Source: Nemertoderma westbladi (taxonomy: Eukaryota > Animalia > Xenacoelomorpha). From it: DNA of 41,752 bases. The stretch is from NCBI GenBank assembly GCA_032718475.1, contig JAUCBJ010002596.1:1-41752 (forward strand), in the 5' to 3' direction. Shown here in pieces: positions 23,762-36,352 of this stretch (the stretch's first letter is position 1; every line of letters starts with the position of its first letter). Both the position numbers and the translations under genes were made by a program. The notes below the pieces were generated by a model. That model was not told the origin of the DNA. It did no database searches and saw only the letters and a list, made by a program, of their open reading frames with translations.

Positions 23762-24443
23762 CTGAGGCACTGAGGCATAGACTATGCCTCACTGAGGCAT
23801 AGACTATGCCTCACCTGGGCACTGAGGCATAGACTATGCCTCAGCTGAGGCATGCTATGCCTCAGTGAGGCATAGTCTATGCCTCAGTGAGGCATAGTCT
23901 ATGCCTCAGTGCCTCAGTGAGGCATAGTCTATGCCTCAGTGAGGCATAGTCTATGCCTCAGTGCCTCACGTGAGGCATAGACTATGCCTCAGTGAGGCAT
24001 AGTCTATGCCTCAGTGAGGCATAGTCTATGCCTCAGTGCCTCAGTGAGGCATAGTCTATGCCTCAGTGAGGCATAGTCTATGCCTCAGTGAGGCATAGTC
24101 TATGCCCAGTCAGTGAGGCATAGTCTATGCCTCAGTGCCTCAGTGAGTCATAGTCTATGCCTCAGTGAGGCATAGTCTATGCCTCAGTGAGGCATAGTCT
24201 ATGCCTCAGTGCCTCAGTGAGTCATAGTCTATGAGTCATGCTTCAGTGAGGCATAGTCTATGCCTCAGTGAGGCATAGTCTATGCCTCAGTGAGGCATAG
24301 TCTATGCCTCAGTGAGGCATAGTCTATGCCTCAGTGAGGCATAGTTTATGCCTCAGTGAGTCATAGTCTATGCCTCAGTGCCTCAATGAGGCATAGTCTA
24401 TGCCCCAGTGAGTCATAGTCTATGCCTCAGTGAGGCATAGTCT
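23762..24443. repeat. 22-bp palindromic tandem array in the right TIR (mostly inverted relative to the left)
   Basis: Unit GAGGCATAGTCTATGCCTCAGT. The first few units (23762-~23850) are in the left-arm orientation. Confidence 0.95.
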
Positions 24444-24509
24444 GTGTCAGGTCTTAAATGAGAGTCTTACAAATTCGAACGTCAACGAACAAATTTGACG
24501 GTTACTGTT

Positions 24510-24590
24510 CCACTTTGGTGTAGTGGTTGCGTTGAATTCACATCTCCCGTATGTCATGGGTTCGATCCCTGCATGAACCAGGGCAGTTTT
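24510..24590 (+). ncRNA. tRNA-like Pol III unit / SINE head in the right TIR
   Basis: A-box TGGTGTAGTGG 24516-24526, B-box GGTTCGATCCC 24559-24569, T4 at 24587-24590. It resembles the head of the SINE at about 40792-40885. Confidence 0.5.
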
Positions 24591-27500
24591 CGTTCGGTCA
24601 GCAATAGGCCTAACGTTGCAAAATGCAGTATTATTTCCTAGTAACCAATTCATGGCTACCGTATGGTTTTCACTTTGAGACATTTCGCCCTCTAGCGGCA
24701 GACTAGGGAACTTCATACTACTCTGTGACTCTGCAAAAGATATAGCCTATGCCGTAGTAGATGCCGATTGGGGGGTCAAATTAAGTAATAATATATCTAA
24801 ATAAGTCTCAAACATCTTGCTTCATGGCTCGCCCCTTTGAACTCTTAAGCAATATAACTTCATAGTTTTGCGGATTGTAAATAACAAAGCTAGAGAAGAT
24901 GTTAATTTTAAATAATACGCCCTCTAGCGGTAGACAGGGGAACTTCATACTACTCTATGGCTCCGCAAAAGATATGGCCTATGCCGTAGTAGATGCCGAT
25001 TGGGGGGTCAAAATTAAGTAATAATATATCTAAATAAGCCTCAAACATCTTGCCTCATGGCTCGCCCCTTAGAACTCTTAAGCAATATAACTTCATAGTT
25101 TTTAAGGAAAACTGGTAAATGAGATGTGTTAATTACGCATACCTCGCAGTTTTAAGTAATTAATTATACAGTGGGTTAGATCGTTTTGAGAATAGGACCA
25201 TTGGAAAGAGCGCCCTCGATAACCTCAGTACAAAGAAAATTAATACGGATTAACCGGATATAGCTTGTTATTATAAAACATAAATTACAGTAGAACAATT
25301 AGGGTTGTAAATAAAAACAAATTAAATTGAAGATAAACTGTATATATAAACTTATGTATTAAAAGAGGGCCCTATTTAATTATACAGTATACTGAAAATG
25401 GTTAGCGATACCATAATTAGATTATCGATAGGGATGCGGTTTCCTTAAATGAGGCAATCCTGACGCAGCATAAAGAATTTTAAGAGGGGCCCCGATAAAT
25501 TGCTCATTCATGCGTAACTGGTAACCTAGGCGATAGCTTGTCTTAAGTTTAAGCCCTTTGCTAACATTATCTCCAAAATAGTTACCAGTAGGGGAGCTGT
25601 ATACCCTAGGGCTAAATAAGGCTGCAAGTCTATGGTTAGATGCTTCCAATAATGATCTCATTTAGTAGCGGTAAGTAATATAAAAACTAATTAATCTAAA
25701 AATAGAAATCAATGTATAAAGTAAAAGTAATACAATTAATTAATTTAAAATAAAGTACAAATGAATAATTAATTTAAAATTAAATATGAATAAATAAAGT
25801 AAAATAAAATATAGATAATTAATTAAAATTAAATATAAATAAATAAGTCTCAAACATCTTGCCTCATGGCTCGCCCCTTAGAACTCTTAAGCAATATACT
25901 GTAACTTCATAGTTTTGCGGATTGAAAATAACAAAGTTAGAGAAGATGTTAATTTTCAGATAATACGCCCTCTAGCGGCAGACTATGGAACTGCAGACGG
26001 CTGGATATAGGTAAGAGTAATTAGTAATCAGAGCTGTCACGAGAGGGGGGCGGGGCGCTTGGATTCAACTATTATTAATAAGCTGTTGCTTGGTTAAAGC
26101 TAATTGGGGGGTCAAAGGTCAACGAAAAAGCTGTCTGGATATAGATAAGAGTAATTAGTTGCCAGTGGGGGAACTGTATACCCTATGGCTAAGTATGGGT
26201 AAGAAATCAATGTATAAAGTAAAAGTAATACAATTAATTAATTTAAAATAAAGTACAAATGAATAATTAATTAAAATTAATGAATAAAAGAGCTGCGGTG
26301 TCACTTATGACACCCTCTTCCTCCTCTTTGCGACAGTTGGACATCACTGATGACCCATTGTGTGTCAGGGCGCTAATCAGTCTGATTAATTAGGTTAATC
26401 AATTAAACCATAATTAGGAGTCATATGACACCCGTTAGGGTTTAATTGTACTAATTAATTGATGATACCTGTCAATTAGGGTCTAATTAGCCTAATTGGG
26501 AGGTGTCACCCAGACAGTCTGGCGCCAATGACACCCATAGGGTGATAATTGGGTGTCATATGACACCCAATGGGTGTCAGTGGGTTCCAACTGTCACAAA
26601 GAGGAGGAAGACCCTACTACTAACGGCTCCTCAGATCATTAGAACATGCTGGTTCTAGTGTTGGTCTTTTTATTAACTCCAGAAAGACCAAAATTTTGAC
26701 AGTTAACTCTGAAAGTCCTCAGCAAGTATCTGATCGGATGAGCATAAGCTCAAAGGATGGTATGCTTGAGCTTGTGGACGACTTCTGTTACCTGGGATCA
26801 TGGATCAAGGCATGGGCAGCCTTGAATAGGCTTTCCTGGATTTGGAAGTCACCGAGAATTAATCGGAAACTTAAGGTCCGATTATTTAGAGCAGCAGTAG
26901 TTCCAGTACTCCTCTATGGGAGTCCATGCTGGGCTCTAACTACTGGGGACACCAAATCTCTGGATGGCACATTCACAAGAATGCTACGCCGGGTTCATTG
27001 TGTCAAGTACAATGCACACATCTCCAACCAGACACTATATAACATTGGAGGTGTCTCATTGGTTCCCCCAAGCTTGACACTAGAACAAAATCGCCTCCGC
27101 TTTGCAGGACATTGCTTTCGCCGTGAGGATCAGCCAGTGCATAATCTTGTACTTTGGCAGCCTCATGGAGTGAATAAGCAGGGTGGACAGCCCATGACTT
27201 TCCTGAGACGCATCTTAAAGGACACTGGCCTTGAAGATGCGGATGATCTAGCAAATGTCATGGGTGATAGGGAGTTGTGGCGGAGCAATTTTGTCGACAA
27301 GCCGGCACGCTTTCTTAAAATTGCAGCTGCAATGCAGCATGCCGATCCTAGTAGTAGTAGTAGTACCACACACACATAAGCAATGATGTGCTCTATAAGC
27401 ACCTCATTGCCAAAACCCAGCTTCACCCTGCACTCCCACCGTTTAAAGCTAGTCGCACTCTGTTATCGCCGATAGCCGGTTCACGACTGGTGTTTTAGCA

Positions 27501-27879
27501 ACCCACTGGATTGAACAGGCGTGGCGACCGTTCAATAACTTTCCATCACTGGCTTCGCAACGACACTAGATTTCGAACGTCCCCAAACTTAAGTGTACGG
27601 CTGTCAGAAATATTTGGGATGGCGTTGCTTCTGGGGCTACCGGCATTGCACCATAGTGTATGCGGACCACATATGGGTCAATGTGAAAATAAAAATCAAA
27701 TGTCCCATTCGTGGCAGAAAAATAATAAAATCTTAAATTTATTCATGTAAACTTTGTGGTAATACCGCTCACACCATTGTGTAGTCTCTCTGGGCGCAAG
27801 CAACAGATGGCTCCAGAGAAGTGAAGCTCGTTAAAAAGTAATCTACTTAAGGTGATGAGTGTGGGGCGAACCACGAAAG

Positions 27880-28080
27880 TAAGCGAGCTTAGCATACGGT
27901 TACTACTATCCCATCGGTGTGTCTGTAGATCTGTCGTTCTGTAGGTCCGTATTTTTAAACGTTAACTCAGCCAATCCTCGATGAAATCTAACCAAACTTG
28001 GTAGACATGTTGTTTAGCAAAAGTTTAGAAATTTACTAAGTATAAATTGCTAGGGGCCTTCAGGACGAGGGCAACGAGGC
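27880..28080. mobile_element. Probable DINE-1/Helentron-like fragment
   Basis: GTCTGT-type low-complexity stretch followed by 'aactcagccaatcctcgatgaaatctaaccaaacttggtagaca', similar in layout to the element at 292-560. Confidence 0.35.
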
Positions 28081-28502
28081 TAATGATTGAGCCGACACAA
28101 TTTCCAAAATCAATCTTGGAATTACTGCTTTTCCTACTATTTATCATACAGTACGTGTATGTATTCGGTGGTGGGTGTATTATAGGTGTGGTGTATGTAG
28201 GCTATGTGGTGTCTAACTTACCACAATCTCTAAGACAGGACAGGACTGCAGTATGTGTAAGTGCCACTTATAGTGGAGTGTGGGTTTGCGTTTCTCAACC
28301 CACCCTTATATCACATAGTGGTACTTACATACTATATTGTGACTTCAGAGTTCTATGTTCACCTACCGTTATTGTTGGTATTTTTAGTTATTAAGTAATC
28401 TTATAATTAATTAATTATTAAATATATTTATTAATATTTTTAATTCCAAATATTTTTAAATATATTTATAAATTAATTAATAAAATAATAAGTAATTTTC
28501 GT

Positions 28503-28680
28503 TTGACAAAGTTGAGCAAAATCGGCATTGAAATCAGGTGGGATCGAACTGCTGACCTCCAGGTTGGAAGTCTACCTGTCCAACCATTACAGAAATGGTT
28601 AGAGCGCCAGTCTTATACACTGGAGGTCACCAGTTCGATCCCACCCGTACATCAATGCCAACTTTGCTAAACTGTGCCAA
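28503..28680. repeat. Hairpin of two head-to-head tRNA-like sequences (core of a degenerate foldback element)
   Basis: ggcattga..ggtgggatcgaactg.tgacctccag..aaccatt pairs with aatggtt..ctggaggtca.cagttcgatcccacc..tcaatgcc. Each arm has a B-box GTTCGATCCC. An outer match ttctcaaccc (about 28292) / gggttgagaa (about 28843) suggests the arms extend further. Confidence 0.7.
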
Positions 28681-31188
28681 AAAAAATTACAATTATAAAA
28701 ACTACAAAATAAATGTAACTTATTTAGAGACCTCCCCTCAATGCTTCCCTATATATGCAAATCATGATTATAATAACTTTTAAGTGTCGCAGTACAATCA
28801 ATAATGTTCACACCGCGTAGAAGTGCGACCATGCGGTCGTGAGGGTTGAGAACCACAAGATACTTTACCAAAATCACACTTACCGAAGTGACGAGTGCTA
28901 GCTATATCATGTTATAGACATACCAACTGCAGGTGTTATGTATTTGCACAGCTTATTCTGCCTGGAGTTATAGTGAACTCAAATAGTTTCGTGCTAATCC
29001 GACTGTCTGTTTTTTATCTGTCTGTCTGTTCGTCACAGTATAACCAAGGAGAGCAGATCTTTGGGGTACCCACTACCCAAGAAAGCTATAGACCCCAATG
29101 AGAATAAATTATACCTCAATTATCCATGTTTTATTCAAAAATTTAATATTATAATATATTATAATTATTACTAGATACGCAATGTTTTTGTACAGCATTT
29201 AACGTTTAATATAATCTTATTGATATATCTATCTATATATACATGTTAAAGGGAACAAACAATATCGTAGAAAATGAGTCCAGTGTGAGTTTAGTGCAAG
29301 TTTAGTAATACAAACGTCAAAACATTAAAAGTAGAAATAATGGAGCACTTTAAGTTAGTTAGCATACAACATAATTACCAAATGCATATTAGCGACAAAT
29401 CAATCCCATCAGCTTTCATTAAAAAAAATTATTATAACAATAATGTTAAGTGCGCTTTAGTGACTTAAGCGAGAAACTTAAACATTTTTTCAAAAACGAA
29501 GAACAATAAGTTCGCGTTTTATGTATCGCGTATTAGTTTCATGGATGCCAGAAAAACCTTAGATTCACATTATTAAATTAGTTGAAGCATAAAAGGTAAG
29601 AACTAACAAAAATATACGTACATATTATATAAAAATAATATATAAAGTGAATTGAACACTTTAGTTGGGCTGCTACGCAAACACTAGTCAATCGACTTAT
29701 AATTGAATATAATACTGAATAGTCAAATATTCAAATATACCGGTAGTCAATATTAGTTTGCACAAAAAGACTGAATTAAATATTTATATACTTATTGTGC
29801 AAGGGTATTTGGAGCAAAATCTTATTTTTACAGACAACCTATTTGATACTAATAAGTAATAATAACAGATTACGTTTGTAAATTATGGTAAGAAGAGTTG
29901 TACAATACAAATTAACCCAAAAATAATTTGCCAATATGCGATGTGATACCTAAACGAAAATGAAACCAAACTCTGACGAAAAAACTATTAATGCCAGTAA
30001 CACCTCGCTGAAAATTCGCAAAGGTGGGAAATGTATCACCAATCCAATATTAAAGAAAAATTTAATAATTTAATGTATCATTAAATGTCATGACAGACCG
30101 GCAAGGAAAAATTTCAATATTTTGCCCAAAATAAGTAGAAACATAGCATTTTTAAACTCTAACAAATAACAATATTATTAATTCACATAAGTCGTATAAT
30201 TTACGGGCAGAAATGTGATTTAAAAAAATCGAATAGGCGGTTCTCGCCAAATTGATGCCAAAATTAATCCAAAAAGGTGAGGTAAATGAAAATATGCATA
30301 AAAATTATATAAAATAATAAATTTATTTACCGACATATTATCCATATCGTGCAATACTTGTTAATTAGCGGTGCTGATTAAATATTACACTTTTTATCTT
30401 AGGATTGGAGCCCACACCACAATCATATTTATATATATATATATATGAAATGTGCGTTGTGTCATTCAAATAGAAAATCTTAGATCTTAAAATCTGAAAT
30501 CGAAGATCTTAACCCGAAAAATACAAATTAATAGGCTCTAGTTAAACTTCGTTAACAAACTATTTGTTTTACTGAAAACAAAATGTGCAATAAACTAAGT
30601 ATTAAAAAAAACATTATAAGCAATAAATATAATATATACTGCATAAGTGCCATACTACTGATGACATTCTGGGCGAAGCAAACCCAACCACAAAAACACA
30701 CAATATAATTATATATTTTATAAAAAGTCGAAAAATTTACTTTCAAATTCAAATATCATTAATATTCTATAACCCAAACGCCAGTAATTGACTATGCAGA
30801 TAAAAATAAAACATATGACATTTAAAGAAACTATCATTATTGAGACATTAGTTGGGCCTAATATGTAAATGTTCTAAGTATATTGTAATATTATATTATG
30901 TAACAAATAAAGATATATTATGGTGATGACGTATGTACTAAAAATAGCAACATTGAAGCACTTAAGTGATATAATATGGCGACTTTAACCGAGTGTGTGA
31001 TAAACCTTCAAACAACTTAGTCTTCGCATTACGATAAAAAAATTGCCAAACACAATATCCATTGGAAATATATTACGAGGGATTATTGTATTATTGTTCG
31101 TGGCACCGAAAAATAAAAATACTTATTTTTTATTGTTAAATATCGAATTGTAAAAAACATTTAAAGGATCATAACTGCGGTTTTGAAT

Positions 31189-31287
31189 TAGGGATGTCCA
31201 GGAATTGATATTTTGATTCCAACCGGAACCGGAAATGGAAAAAAAACAGCCGTAATTCAGGCCAAACAGAATTCCAGACCATCCCTA
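31189..31287. mobile_element. Small old hAT-like MITE
   Basis: TIRs TAGGGATGTCCAGGAATT / AATTCCAGACCATCCCTA with internal AACCGG repeats. TSD not preserved. Confidence 0.5.
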
Positions 31288-34200
31288 GCATTAATAAGGA
31301 AGTTTCTACTTGATTCTTTCGGGGAGTTATAAAGTTTTATAAATAATAAAACCAAAATTCGGTAAACTATCTAAGTTGGATAAACCATAGCGAGATATGC
31401 CAAAATAACACATAATGAAATATCAACCTGTAGCGATATATATGCGATCTGTTAATAAGTATTGGGACTATATACTTTTTATATTAACTGACCTGAGTAA
31501 TAGATAAGGGAACTTTTAACTCACACACATACCGAGCCGAGAGTTTGGGACAGATAAAACGTAAATAAATACAATTAATACCGAAATCAAATCTTGCCAA
31601 CGCCTTTGTTTGTACCTTTAATTATGTATTTTAATTAACATGAGAAAAAAAATAATAAAAGTTGATGAACAAAAGAAGAAATTACGATATGGAATAAAAT
31701 ACAACAATGATTATTGATTACTTTACTAGGCTAAAGTAATACGAAGACACGTGGCATTATGTTAGTGGATTCCATAAAGCCAAGCTATTAAAGAACCCGA
31801 GCCATCCTTCCGTTTCTTTACGCTTTTATTAGGACCATATCGCCCCAAATTAAGAGCTTTAATAAATGAAACGGGATGTTAAAACTGTCACAACATTGCA
31901 CTTTAATTCCCTTTTAATATATTTAATTGGCTTTCAGGTGGAAAACAAATTGATTACAGTATCAGCGATGTCAGTGAGAGAAAAAAGGCGGTGGGCCAAA
32001 AGCAATAAAATAAAGTTGTATAGTTGGGATTTTGATTACCGATATTTCGAACAATTTAAATTGTGCGCCGATGCAATCTGAACTGAAAGTATTACAATGT
32101 CTGCGGTAGTATAGGTATCAAAGGAGTACTATAGAGCTGTCTAGAAAATATAAAGAATACCAGGTTTTCACTTTTCGGTCGAAATTTTATAACAATTTCA
32201 TACGAAAAATTAGATTTTACAAAGTGTTTTATAGCGCTTATTTCGGTGTTATAACCTGTACATATACTAATTCGTTTATTGTTTTGGTTCGATTCAGCCC
32301 TTATAAAACCTGGGATATTAGTGAAAAGAAAACCTTGTACTCTTCACACGCTCTTCACACTGCAAAGTGAAATATATCAACATAAAGTTTCGTATACTCA
32401 CATATATTCACTCACATGGGCCTCGAATTTAATTTCAGTGTTCATCACTAAATGATTTTATTTTCTAATTTAATTAATGTTCAGCAGGGCAGGTTACATT
32501 TAGTCCAAATATCCGCGAAATTTATTGATAATATTGATATCAAATGACTTCAGGGTTAAAGATTAATTAAACTAATTAATTTTTTAATTAGAGTTAAGTC
32601 AAGTCCATGACACATTGACACTCACCCTATTTATAATAACTAAACTCACATAGACTCAACAGCGATGCATGTGGTAGGCCTACCTGCCCGTCATTAGCCA
32701 TTTCAATATAAAACAGCGTTCTATGACATCAGAAATACCATTAAAAAGAAATAAAAATGTGTGAACTATTTATGTAAATTATAAGAAAAACAAGGCAATA
32801 ATACATATTCTACAGACTTTCTTAAACAGGACGTCACAATTTCTATCCCACCTGGCTGAAAGCCTTTCTAAGCTTTCATGAACGAAAATGTATAATAGAT
32901 ATTCTTGGAACAAAGTCAAAGTATGTAGTTACTACTGGACTGGACAGTTGTACATAATGACACCCGCCCCGCATGTTTCGTAAAAAAAAAACCAGTTTAA
33001 GGGGACCTAAATAGCGCCATAACAGAACATTACAGTTAATATATTGGCGGCAAAATGGTAAAAAAAACATGAAAAACGGACAAGTCAGGACAAGGGGGGA
33101 AGGTAATTGTACTTGTTTTAAAAAATAATACCAAATAATAGGGTTGGAAAGTTTGGTAGTAAATTAAAATAACTTCCCATAGGACATATTATTACTTCAT
33201 TTTGAATTTAGGTAGTTGAATATGGTCTTTAAGACAATATTTGTTCACTAACCTATTCTAGGGATATTCATATATCATTTAATTATTATTCTTACTTAAT
33301 ACATTTAATACCATGGAAGACATTATAAATTAAGCGCGCCCTTTGTATTAAATAATAACTATTGCCAGTGAGTAAAATAATGTATAACGAAGAACTAAAT
33401 AACAAACTCCACGGTACACATTGCTACAACGGGCCAGCCATACAGCGTTGGTGGTACTCCGGATTATATATTATTACTTTTCACTTTGTCATTTCCACGG
33501 AATCTATCGATTCCAATAAATACAGTAAAAAATCAAAAGGCAAAACTTTTCAGTTTTCGCTTTTAAGAACAAAAAAAATGAAGTTATTGAACTGATAATT
33601 AAGTTATGTGCAAATCAAATTCCAAGTTTCGATCTATCATTATTAACTTATCGATAGATTATTTGAGTTCATCCAAGTGTAGGAAAAGCGCTTCGGTAAA
33701 CGAAAAGTGCGGAAACTTCGGACATAATCGTATTTTTCGCCTATTTTATTAAACCGCCTGCTAATTAACATAATGTAATGTTTCCTCTGTGACATTTAGT
33801 GGGATAGAGTAATGAAAGACCGCGAAGAATATATACCAATAATTATAAACCAACGTACCGGTATACTCATTACGTGAGGGAGTACAATAATAACAACATA
33901 CAATCACTCTTCTACACATGCAAAAAAATTAATTAAAGTATTAATTTATTATATTACACTTATTTCTTTAATGGAGTAAAAAACATGAAAAAAATGAAAG
34001 ATATGTGAGCGAACTACTACAATAGGCCTGCGACGGCAGACAAAAAATATATATATCCGTAAAGGGCCATCCATCAGCGCCACTAAATAAAAGAAACCAC
34101 AAGGCTGGCGGAATAAACTGCGACGGTAGAGCCACACCGACACACACCCAGCAGCACTTAGGGCTATACGATATAACTAATCTATAATATTATATATGTA

Positions 34201-34420
34201 CAAAAAAATAATTGCAATTTCGAAAGAACCCGAACTGAAACAGAAAAGAAAACGTTAAATAAACGCCGAAGTTTCATATATAAATAGATATTTAAACATA
34301 CCAACGGCGTCCGCGGACCGCTGAGTGGCACTTTTTATACTTTAAATCATTTCCGCAGCACCAAAATGATATCACTACATGCGAACAATAGCAACTACTA
34401 GCGCGATGGATCGGCGAGGA

Positions 34421-36352
<1,932 letters not shown>

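Larger units (their letters stand above)
20023..26621. mobile_element. Non-autonomous Polinton/Maverick-like element, 6.6 kb, with one cargo gene
   Basis: Perfect 6-bp TSD AACGGC (20017-20022, 26622-26627) inside the RT frame. Termini AGTAGTAGGGTCTT/AAGACCCTACTACT. Inverted arms 20023-~21833 and ~23639-26621. A 6-bp TSD, 5'-AG ends with short terminal tandem repeats and long TIRs are established Polinton hallmarks. No pPolB, integrase, ATPase, protease or capsid ORF is seen. Confidence 0.85.
17761..27379 (+). mobile_element. 5'-truncated RTE-type non-LTR retrotransposon (reverse transcriptase), interrupted by two nested insertions; RT pieces 17762-18270, 19685-20022, 26628-27379
   Basis: RT motifs present: PVPKKG..FRGISLISIAAKLY, QNGFRKGR, FVDFFKAFDSV, GVLQGDTLEPFLF, FADD, GLFINSRKTK, YLGS, LLYGS, RLRFAGH. 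Removing each insert plus one TSD gives one stop-free frame of 1599 nt. There is a 3' (AGT)n tail at 27350-27364 and a candidate TSD AGTACCA (17754-17760 / 27362-27368). Confidence 0.93.

Noticed and set aside
20023-26621. LTR retrotransposon or ordinary cut-and-paste transposon
   Set aside because: The repeats are inverted rather than direct, there are no TG...CA ends and no gag/pol or transposase, and the 6-bp TSD with AGT-repeat termini fits Polintons better.
28593-28650. Functional tRNA-Ile(TAT) gene
   Set aside because: It has an anticodon arm and B box but no acceptor stem or complete D/T stems, and it is part of an inverted repeat.
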